A stretch of DNA of 63,995 bases, counting the filler, from Kipferlia bialata (taxonomy: Eukaryota), in NCBI GenBank assembly GCA_003568945.1. It is 6 parts of 6 records of this genome, joined end to end, with 100 filler letters (N's around TTAATTAATTAA, not from the genome) between each part and the next. Parts side by side here need not be neighbours in the genome. Positions count along the whole stretch, not along the records: positions 10,716 to 21,325 come from BDIP01001399.1; positions 21,426 to 32,009 come from BDIP01001400.1; 4 more parts are not named here. One strand, written 5' to 3'. The translations under genes were made by a program, and so were the position numbers. Shown here in pieces: positions 15,101-25,800 of the stretch (position 1 is its first letter; every line of letters begins with the position of its first letter). The notes beneath the pieces were generated by a model that saw nothing but the letters and a program-made list of their open reading frames with translations, searched no databases and had not been told where the DNA came from.

Positions 15101-15415
15101 AGAACTGGACAGTGCCAGACAGGCACACCAGACAGCTGAGGCTACAGGTGAGTATATATAGTATCTCTCACCCTTCCTCAAGACCCATATTCCAGCTCAG
15201 TTTCCCTCTCTCTCTCTCTCTCTTTCTCCCTATCCCTCTGCACCCTTATACCAGCCCAGTCCGCTGCCTCCATGATTGCCTTTCTCTGTCTCTCTCTCTC
15301 TCTCTCTCCCTCTACACCCTTATATCAGCCCAGTCCGCTGCCTCCATGATTGCCTCTCTCTCTCTCTCTCCCTCTACCCCCTTATATCAACCCAGTCTGC
15401 TGCCTCCATGATTGC

Positions 15416-15446
<31 letters not shown>

Positions 15447-17280
15447 CCCCTCTACACCCTTATATCAGCCCAGTCTGCTGCCTCCATGATTGCCTCCATC
15501 CAGGATGAGTGGGCTGCCTCTGAGCAGCTGGCAGACACACTGCAGGCTGAGCTGGAAGAAGCTAATGCAAGGTATATATATATATATATGTATTAGCTAG
15601 TATACATTTATGTATATACATATAAGTGTAAGTGGATATGGCAGACACCCTACAGGCAGAGCTAGAGGAGGCTAACGCTAGGTACTCTAGCATGTAGTAT
15701 AATGTGCATATGCTATATAGTATACATATATATATATATGGGTGGGCTGCCTCTGAGCAGCTGGCAGACACCCTACAGGCAGAGCTGGAGGAGGCTAATG
15801 CTAGGTACTATAGTATGAATATATTGACATATATGTATATATGGGACGCTACCGCAAGGTTTACACTATATATACTCTTACTCTCAGACACGAGGCCGCC
15901 ATGGCCGATGCAATGTATATATATACTCTCTCTATACATTTATATATTGGTTGTATACTATATACTATATTTATCCTCTCACCCCCCAGACATGATGCCG
16001 CCATGGCCGATGCCCAGACCAAGCACAGGCAGGAGATGAGGTATAATTATTGTTTATATTTACATGTTTTATTATATGTATGTATATATATATTTACAAT
16101 ATTATTCTCTTGCTATGCCCAGACCAAGCACAGGCAGGAGATGAGGTATGCATATACTTATTGGTGGTTACTATTAGTATTCCAATTAATCTAAGTCTAA
16201 TACACGACATGTATGTCTTACATATTTCACTCACCCCCAGCCAAGTCCAGCTGCGCCTGTCTGCCCAGCTGGAGGAGTCGGAGAGGAGGGTCGGGGAGCA
16301 GAAGACAACGGCACAGGTATATATAGGACTATGACTATTATTATCTATATATTCTAGTGTATGATGGTGCTGATAGGAAGGAGGAGGTCGGGGAGCATAA
16401 GACAACAGCTCAGGTACTGTGTATGTATAGAAGTATATGCATGTATATATATATATACTTATGTATCCCACTAACCCCCAGGCCCTGATGGAGACTGTCC
16501 AGACACCCATATATATATCAATATATAGAAGAATTTATTTATATATATATATGTGTGTGTGTGTCTATATCTATGCATGTACTTCTGTATATGTCCATCT
16601 TACCCCTCTAGGCCCTGATGGAGACTGTCCAGACTCCCATGCACATTCTACTATATCAATGCTATTTCATTATATCAATAATACATATGTCCCTGTATGT
16701 GTCCATCTAACTTATAGGCCCTCATGGAGACTGTCCAGACACCCATACATATTTCATTATATCAATGTTTGTATTTGTGTTTATTAATACATATATATAT
16801 ATCTGTATGAGTCCATCTTACCCTCTAGGCCCTTATGGAGACTGTCCAGACACCCATGCAGGACCTGTACACCAGCATCGGAAGGTATAATGGTGTGTAG
16901 TATGCCTTCACAACGTATACCTGATAAATACACTCACATCTCTATCCATACTCAACTGACCCACCCAGGTCTGTGGCCGAGGTCGAGAAGGGATTCACAG
17001 CCATCGAGGACGTAAGGTTGGTCATTTCACAACCTATGAATGAGCTTTGGAAGTGGAGATATGTCTGTGTATCTATATGTATATATCTACCTCATCGCAG
17101 GGCTGCCCTTGCCAAGGAGAGTGCCTCTAATTCATATGATGATATATCAATGTCCATAAAAGTATATATATGTGTGTGTAATGTGGATCTGTGTGTATTT
17201 CTATACAATCTTTAACCCCAGGGCTGCCCTTGCCAAGGAGAGTGCCACGGAGATGGCACCCTGCAGTGAGATCAGGTATC

Positions 17281-17325
<45 letters not shown>

Positions 17326-18482
17326 ATCCCTCTACACCCTTATTCTACCCTCAGTATGTCTGTCTCTGAGGCAGAGAGAGAGGTCAGGAGTGAGGAGCTT
17401 CCCGAGCAGGTCAAGGCCCTGGTCAAGCTAGGTATGTATATCTCGCGATACATAGCCCAACTCATCGCGTAATTAGCGCATCTAACCCCTTTCAGCTGTC
17501 GACACTGGGTTCCAGGCTACTACTCTCCTCATTGAGACGCAGAGGGAGAGAGAGAGAGAGCAGAGAGAGAGAGACAGAGCGGCACGTAGGAAGGCCAAGG
17601 CCGAGAAGAGACGCTCCACAGCCAGGGAGGAGGAGATGAAGGTGAGTATAGAGTATAATATACGGTATATGTGAGTGTCTATTTCTATGGGATGTGTGTT
17701 TGTGTACTCTAACCCCAGGCCTGGAGGGAGCTTCACCTACTCAACGAGGGAGAGGGAGAGACTGAGAGAGAGACAGTGACTGTAGAGGTCGCTGACAAGG
17801 AGGGTGTGACTGTACACACTGTAGACACTGCATCTGTAGAGACTGTAGAGCCTGTAGAGACTGTAGAGAGTGAGAGTGACTCAGCCTCAGTCACTGTAGA
17901 GGAGAGGAGTGAGAGAGATACCCTCCTCGATGGGGACCAGTACCCATTCGGGTTCCGTGCTAGCACTCTCTCTCCCACCGTCACCAGGACACCCAGGGTA
18001 TCCGCTACCAAGGGGGAGAGCGGGGGTATGTACGACGCAGTGGAGGGTGGGGATGGTGACACCCACTACGAGGGGGAGACCCGTGATGCATCATCACCCA
18101 GCAGCAGTGGGGGGGACAGCCCCAACACAGTCCAGGTAGGGGTATTATATACATATGTATATGTATCGGTGAATAGGTATATATGTGTGTGTGGGATCAG
18201 TCATTTGTACTGGGACAGTGCAGGTGAACGTGCTCTCTCCCTCTCTCCTTCTCCTTCTCTCTCTCTCTCGCTCTCTCTCTCTCTCTCGCTATGTCTCTTT
18301 GAAGGACATATTCTCTGGTGTCAGCTGTTTGTGCCACCCAACTTCTCTATCTATGTATGAGTCCGATTGTAATCCTGTCTCTCTCTCTCTCTCTCTCACC
18401 CTCCCCTCTCTTCACACTCTGGTTACTGCATGGACCAACCTCCCTCTCCCTCATGCCAAGAGAAGTTACCTCCCGTACTCAT

Positions 18483-18516
<34 letters not shown>

Positions 18517-18783
18517 AACCCTTATTTCAGGAGAGACAGGCTGCTGAGGAGAGGAGGCGCATCATGGAGGCACTCAGAACCAAGGTATAGTACACAACCC
18601 ATCAGCCTTTCACCCTCCCCACATTCGTGTCCTCTCTCTCTATCTCTCTCTATCTCTATCTCTCTCTATATATGTTCTCTGTGTAAATTAATACATATAT
18701 ATGTATATAACTAACCCTAGCTTCAGGAGAGCAGGTCCACTGTCGACACCCTCAAGAGACAGATCGAGGTGCTGTCAGCCCAG
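10778..18783 (+). CDS. Large E/R/A-rich coiled-coil protein with S/T/K-rich N-terminal region (partial at both ends)
   Basis: More than 25 exons with GT/AG ends. Heptad-like exons include [44 protein letters not shown] and [15 protein letters not shown]. The last traced exon is [21 protein letters not shown], and no own stop codon was found. Confidence 0.65.
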
Positions 18784-18848
18784 GTACTGTCTATCGTCTC
18801 TCTCTCTCTCCCCCCCCCCCTCTCTCTGTTCATGTCTCTCTCTCTTAG

Positions 18849-19963
18849 GCATCGATGCCATGCACATCAACGTCCACAAGACCTTCTCCACCCCCCACGG
18901 AGGTGGTGGCCCCGGTGCTGGACCCGTTGTCTACAGCAAGGCCCTCACACCCTTCGTGCCAGTGCCCAAGGTACCGTATGCATCACTAGTCCATTCCCTC
19001 TTCACTCTAGATATAAACCATGCCCTCACCTTTAGGTTGTGGCCGGTGAGGATGGCTACGAGGTCATCGAGGAGGACGACCTCTCCCTCGGAAGGTACAG
19101 TGCCCTCTTTAGTGTATCAATGGCATCATATTCCATTATATATTATATGTATTGACCCCCTCACTCACCGTAGGATGACTTCCTTCTTCGGCCAGTTTGG
19201 AGTGCTCCTCAGGGCCCTCACCTGGATCGTCACCCTTGGTACGACATAGATTTTCTGTATCACTCTCTCAAGACGTACCCCTCACCCCAGGTGGCGAGGG
19301 TCTGCGTGCCTCCTCCCACGATGCCGTGCTCAACGCCAACTACATGCTGGCTAGGCTCACAGAGGCAGGCCTCACACCAGCCATCCCCAACAGGTACACA
19401 TGCACTCTCTCTCTCTAGTGTATCTCTACTTTCCACACTCCTCACTCTCAGGATGTGCATGCACGAGTTTGCTCTCTCCGACTCTCACCTTGCCGGAACC
19501 GGAGTCTCCACTCTCGACATCGCCAAGGGTACGGGGTGGTCATGTAGTACATACACACTATACTTGTTAGTCTCACCCTAGGCCTGTGCGACGCTGGCTT
19601 CCACCCCTCCACCGTGTACTTCCCTCTGTTTGTGGAGGGTGCCATGCTCATTGAGCCCACCGAGTCCGAGTCCCTCGAGTCCCTCGACTCCTTCTGCGAT
19701 GCCCTCATCGACCTCGCCAACAAGGCACGTCATACTCACTGACTCACACTATGTGCCTGAGATTAGGTCTATTTCACTATATCAGCTCTGTGTCTCTCTT
19801 ATCCCAGGCCAAGGCCGGCTCCGAGGACTTCCACGCCTACCCCCAGGCCACCCCATGCACCAGGTAGGGGCAAACTGTCTCTTTCTCTCTCTCCTTGTCC
19901 CTGTACACTCACCCCAGGGTTGATGAGGTTCTGGCTGCCAAGAAGCAGGTGTTCACCTGGTAA
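18849..19963 (+). CDS. gcvPB: Glycine cleavage system P protein subunit 2 (GcvPB-type glycine decarboxylase), C-terminal half, 8 exons
   Basis: [26 protein letters not shown] (PLP-lysine motif), [59 protein letters not shown], and a C-terminus [15 protein letters not shown] (TAA 19961-19963) typical of the split P2 subunit. Confidence 0.93.
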
Positions 19964-20238
19964 ACCCAGAGTGGGTGAGAGAGTGTGTACATTTGTACGA
20001 GAGGTTGTTTTCAAGTGTTGAATGACTATTATTATTGTGAGAGTGCCAAATAGACGTAGGTTGTAGTGGTGCTGTGGTGTCTGTTGTGGAGTTTAGAGTG
20101 TAGGAAGACTATCTACGTAGATCTAGGTGGAAACTGTCCACTGTGGACAGCGTGGACACACGGAAGGTTGACACACAAGACAAAAATAGGGGGCAGTTTA
20201 AGGTCAGAAAAGCGGAGCCTCGCTCTACACACAACAAA

Positions 20239-21043
20239 ATGGTGAGTCAAAGTGTAGTGTAAGAGGACTGCCCGGAAGGAGGTGCTCCAATGGTATTTGA
20301 AGGATTTTTGATGGTTCCATGGGGGATAGAAATCAGAATAGCTCCTGAATGTACAGTTTTGCCCCTGTTTTCCTGTCTTTTGTCACATTATACTGCAATT
20401 TCAGCCCTCGCTCACCCCAGGTCCTCGTCGCTTCTTCTGCTGAGTTCGACGCCAAGCTTGCCGAGTGCAAGGGCCTCATGGTGGTCGACTTCTTCGCCAC
20501 CTGGTGCCCCCCCTGCCGCCGCATTGCCCCCCTCGTGGCCCAGTGTACGTCATGTCTCTATATGGTGATTGGTGTACTATTAGGATGATAATATTATCTC
20601 TTGTCAACTGAAGGGCACGTGTGCGAGAACACAACAGTATTATATCCACATTCATCCACTCCCAAGTTTCCGCCCTCAGTGCTGTCTCCTCTGCCCCCCC
20701 CCCCCCCTTGCCTCACACCAGGGGCTGAGGAGAACCCCGAGGTCACCTTCGTGAAGGTGGATGTCGACCAGGTATACACAACTAGTGGTATATATATATG
20801 TATTCATAGCTACTACTTATACAACTGAGTGCATGTGACCTCAGGTCTCTGACCTTGGCCAGCGCATGGGTGTGCGTGCCATGCCCACCTTCATCTTCAT
20901 CAAGGACGGCAAGAAGGTCGATGAGGTCGTGGGAGCCAACGTACGTGGGACACAGACACAGTATCTACTGAATCACTTCTGTACCAACTATCCCCTCACC
21001 TCAGGTTCCCCAGATCGTGGAGTTCATTGCCAAGCACAAGTAA
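20239..21043 (+). CDS. trx: Thioredoxin, ~103 aa, WCPPC active site, 5 exons (first exon contributes only ATG)
   Basis: M|VLVASSAEFDAKLAECKGLMVVDFFATWCPPCRRIAPLVAQ|WAEENPEVTFVKVDVDQ|VSDLGQRMGVRAMPTFIFIKDGKKVDEVVGAN|VPQIVEFIAKHK*. All introns are GT-AG. Confidence 0.95.
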
Positions 21044-21283
21044 GCTGACTCTGCCATGTAGTCTTCCCGCCTAGTGTCACATATGGACAGTGTCACATAT
21101 AGACACGAACAGAGTGGGAGTAGTTGTGAGAATAGATTCCTAGTGTACGTCTGAGACATCATGTGTAACAATCCTCTTTGTATTCCCTTGAATGAGTGCT
21201 CCCCCAACACAACCACTGGTTGAATCTCAGAGTAAGCTAGTCCCCAGAGAGTCATCAGTGGAAACGCTTTTGATTGAGGGAAA

Positions 21284-21315
<32 letters not shown>

Positions 21316-21325
21316 AAAAAAGAAA

Positions 21326-21425
21326 NNNNNNNNNNNNNNNNNNNNNNNNNNNNNNNNNNNNNNNNNNNNTTAATTAATTAANNNNNNNNNNNNNNNNNNN
21401 NNNNNNNNNNNNNNNNNNNNNNNNN
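21326..21425. other. Artificial scaffold-concatenation linker
   Basis: Same 100-nt N/TTAATTAATTAA/N structure. Confidence 0.97.
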
Positions 21426-21475
<50 letters not shown>

Positions 21476-21550
21476 GGGACCTGAAATCATTCTCATTCTG
21501 CAGAGAGAGAGAGGATACGTCACATAGTAACTGTATTTGCATATAATATA

Positions 21551-21913
21551 GTCTGTACCTGTTTCTGAGCATGTGCCCCAGGGTGTAGTCAAGTTGTCTA
21601 TCTATATATCTATCCACCCATCCATCTATCTACCTATCTATATTTACATGTAAACTCTGTACCTGTTTCTGAGCATGTGCCCCAGGGTGTAGTCAAGGTA
21701 TACCTTACATATATATACATACTTTCATACATATACATACATATATATATCTAATATATATACACTCTCTGTACCTGTTTCTGAGCATGTGCCCCAGGGT
21801 GTAGTCAAGGTATACATTGTATATATATACATACATACATATATCTATTTAATGTATCTAATGCTTATAGTCTCTGTACCTGTTTCTGAGCATGTGCCCC
21901 AGGGTGTAGTCAA
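21551..21913 (-). repeat. Donor-side exon echo array: 4 copies of the RPB11 exon-2 3' end plus its GT donor
   Basis: TCTGTACCTGTTTCTGAGCATGTGCCCCAGGGTGTAGTCAAG at about 21552, 21656, 21767 and 21873 (the real exon), separated by unrelated TA-rich spacers. Confidence 0.9.
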
Positions 21914-22516
21914 GGTGGTCCATGTGGTATCTGGGGTCAGGGTACGTGTGTGTGTGTGATATGTATGTATGGGTATGTATATATAGGGTAGTTGACATAT
22001 AACAGAGAGGGTCCAGGCTAGTATCTATACACTACCGAAGAGATGATATAAAATATAATGTTAGAGTATATATATAATGTAGTCAAGGTAAGAGATAGAG
22101 TGGGAAGGGAACAGGAACCTATAACCTAGCAAGGAGGAAGAAGTGAGGGGGGGGGGGAGGATAGGTATACGCCAACCACTACTATTGTCTATCATACGAA
22201 TACTACATGTCTGGGGTGATTAGCTGTTAGAGACAGGGTATTTGAGGCAGGGAGAGTGAGAGATGTGCAGTAGAAAGGCGCTTGGCCGCAGAACACACCA
22301 CACCCACACACACATAAGCCGACAATCACAGCCCGTACTGTAACGGGAGCCCAGAAGTATATACACATGTGGATACCATCCCTCCACACATCACCAATCA
22401 ATCCCATATACACACTAGTCCCCTCACCTCTTGGCGTCCTGCCTCTTCATCTTCTCCTGCTTGATGTTGATCTGCCCATAGGGCACTGTCTCATCTCTGT
22501 TGGGCAGGTTCTCCAT
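21880..22516 (-). CDS. RPB11: RNA polymerase subunit RPB11 (RPB11/RPAC2 family), N-terminal two exons; the rest lies beyond the scaffold edge
   Basis: MENLPNRDETVPYGQINIKQEKMKRQDAKR|YHMDHLDYTLGHMLRNR aligns without gaps to the family motif NA.......EDHTLGN.IR, and the start resembles MNAPDR. Confidence 0.6.
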
Positions 22517-22884
22517 ACTCTATGTCGCTCACACAGGCTGCCTGGAGAGGAAGCCTCCACTCTCAACCCAAGTGTTTCTAACCCCTTTTGCCAAGTGTCA
22601 AAAGAGTTTTTGGTTGTGGAATTATTCCGAGGGTGCAGAGGTGGTCGGCTCTTTCCAGTGGACCCAAGATTGAGTGTGGCGGCTGTGCTAGCGACCTAGC
22701 CTGACTCTTGAGGCCTATCTGGCATCCTGACGACCACTAGTGTGTGAGTGGGAGGGTACTGAGTGCCTGAATATTCCAGGAGTGTCCATTTGAGCACACA
22801 CTACTACACTGAAGATTGGGTTTCCCTTGCGACTAGAGAGGTTGTTCCATTGCTAGACCAGAGTAGCATCACTGCCCTGTAGAT

Positions 22885-25800
22885 ATGCCTGCCCCCCTTC
22901 AGAGGGTGGATTCGATGGACAGGCGCATGGATGAGACACTGGCATCGGTGCCACGGTATGTATATATACATGTACACACATAAGATCAGCTTTTGACTGA
23001 CACACTAGGGACATTCTGATATTGTTATGACACCTCTCAGAATAAGGATATAGTATAAATATATAGTATAAATAGTGATAATAATTGTGTGTATGCATGC
23101 ATGATACTAACATCCCAGAGACATTCTGCTTGGGACAGGGACCCCTGTCAGTGCATATGATAGGTCCAGACCCAGCACAGGGGGATCAGCAAGGTATATG
23201 CATTGGCATATATATACCTAAAGTATACATTCTTAGTACATATCACTCTGGGGGTAGCAAGGTACTGGAGTCAGTGATATCCCCTCCCCTAATACCCAGA
23301 TCCTCACGGCGACTGTCCCTCTCTCTCTCCCCAGCTGTGGGTGAGAGAGACTCTCTCCCTCACGCCTCCCTACCCCGTGGATCCACTCCCATATCCCACA
23401 GCCTAGACAGCATTGACAGCTACTTAGATGGGCAGATGGCTGTGCAAGGGAGGGGGGGAGAGAGGGAGAGAGAGGGAGAGGGCAGTGAAGATGAGTGGGA
23501 GAGTGTCTCCATCAGCAGGACTACCAGCAAGGAGTCTGATGTGCTGGGCAACCCATTCCCACCTGCTAATAGGTATATATGATATATATGGTATATATAT
23601 ATAACATGTCATCACTTGTTATTCAGTCAACTTCCGTAATACCTCCCCCCCCCCCCTCCACCACACACACACATACAAGTTGAATGTCCGTCCTATGTAC
23701 TTGCTAATTCCAGACCTAGGCGTAGCAGCATAGCCAGCCGGGGCCTGCACTTCTTTGACATATATATACTCTCTCTTTATATATATGTATATATATGCAT
23801 GTATGTATCTTATCCCCAGTCCCAGGCGTAGCAGCATAGCCAGCCGGGACCTGTACTTATATATACTGTATATATATATATATGGTATATAGCATAGTGT
23901 GTAACCCCAGCCCTAGACGTAGCAGCATAGCCAGCAGGGGTCTGCACTTCTTCGACACAGATGCATACATGGAGGAGGAGGGGGGAGGGGGGAGGGAGAG
24001 GGAGAGAGGGAGGGAGGGAGAGAGAGAGAGGTACCATGTCTCCACTCCCATGAGTGCACCGGCAGAGAACACACAGGTATATATGCATATATATGTATGT
24101 ATATATGCACCACACGATATATAATAGGGATTCACACCCATGAGTGCTCCGGTAGAGAACACACAGGTATATGCACAGTATATACTACACATATCCTCCC
24201 CACCCATTCCCTACACCAGGGTATATATATATATATATATATACCTTATCCTCACTACTAGGTCCACCGTGCTGTTAGAGAGCCAGACCCAGTGGAGGAG
24301 GTGGTGTTCCAGGAACTCGGGGTGACTAAGGTACATATCCACAAATATATAGTATATGCATGTATATAAGTGGGTTTGGTGCTTACCATATATATACATA
24401 TGGTATTGCCGTGCAGCATTTCAAATATACTCCCCCCCCTCCCATTACATACCCATATATGTATATGTATATGTATATCGTCTGTGCTTACACCCCACCC
24501 CCGATGGCCCAGCTGATTCACCTATTTCATGGATACATGTATACTGTATGTATACTATTAGTGTATATTTATGTGTGGGTATCATTTGGTCCAGTTATAC
24601 ACCTCTCACCCCCAGATGGCCCAGCTGAGACGCAAGACACCCAGACACAAGGAGAAGGAGGAGGAGAAGAAGGAGAAGAAGAAGGAGGTTGAAAGAGAGC
24701 AGGAGAGAGTGGTGGAGAGAGACAAGGAGAGAGAGAGAGAGGCCGTAGAGACTGGCTGTCAGACTGAGATTGAGACTGAGACCCCTCCATCTCCATCTGT
24801 ACACTCAGAGATTGAGGAGTGTATTGAGGGTGTAGATGAGGGCATTGAGGGTGTAGATGGGGAGTCTCTGGATGAGGTAGTAGAGACTGTGGTAGAGGAA
24901 GAGGAAGAGGAGGACTCGGTTGACACGTCTGGAGCGTCTCAGACGCCTCAGACGTCTCATACGTCTCACCCCCCTTCTAGCATGGCCTCTTTCTCCAGCT
25001 GTGTCCCCATGCATGGGGCTGAGTCCATCAGATGCCAGACACGGCCTGCAGTGCATGCATCTAGTAGTGCTAGCATTGATAAGTTAGAGGAGGCAGCATC
25101 ACCCTCCTCTGCCTCTCCCCCTTCCTCTCCTGGTGTAGCCAAGGAGGAGTACCCTCTCTCTCCCTCTACACCCCTTAGTGAGGGGGAGAGAGAGGTGGAG
25201 GTGCAGCCAGTAGTTGGAGATGTGTCCCCTGCTGGTGCATCTGTGGCTGCTACCCCTCTATATGCCCCATGTGTGTATGAGGGGGGTGCTGAGGGTGAGA
25301 CCATACCCAGTGAAGGGGAGAGAGGCCCCGCCACTCCATCATCCATATTGGAGAGGGAGGTAGAGAGAGAGACTGCGTCCATCCCAGAGGGAGAGAGAGA
25401 GAGAGAGAGGGAGGCAGCCCCTCCTTCACAGAGGGTGTCACTCTCTGCACCCCATATAGGAGCTAGGCGTAGAGACAGAGAGAGAGGGAGAGAGGAGAAG
25501 GCATCTACCCGTGGTCTGTCTGATATACAAGTGGTCTCAGACAATGAGGGGGAGAGAGACCCTAGGAGGGAGAGAGAGAGAGAGAGAGAGGAGCCCAGCA
25601 CTGATACCCCCTCAGAGAGAGAGAGAGAGGTGCTGATGCAGCCCCTGCCCCTCCCACTCTCGCCAGGTGCACCCCTCGGGTCCCCCTCTCTCTCCCTCCC
25701 CAGGCCCTACCGATCACCCTCCACACGTACCAGTGGACCAAAGAGCAGTCGCAGGTACTCATATATGTGTATATATATATATTTGTATAGTATCACCCTA

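Noticed and set aside
21284..21474. Long poly-G tracts at scaffold ends (also 32110, 42651, 63961) as telomere or G-quadruplex elements
   Set aside because: They coincide with assembly breaks and have no telomeric repeat unit. Homopolymer length is unreliable there.
21551..21913. CRISPR-like direct repeats with variable spacers (also 45661-46171)
   Set aside because: The repeats are exon ends with splice sites, the spacers are TA/CT microsatellite intron sequence, there are no cas genes, and the context is eukaryotic.
22198..22215. 13-nt micro-exon (HVVF) in RPB11 intron 1
   Set aside because: Inclusion shifts the next exon into a stop. Skipping it gives an ungapped family alignment.
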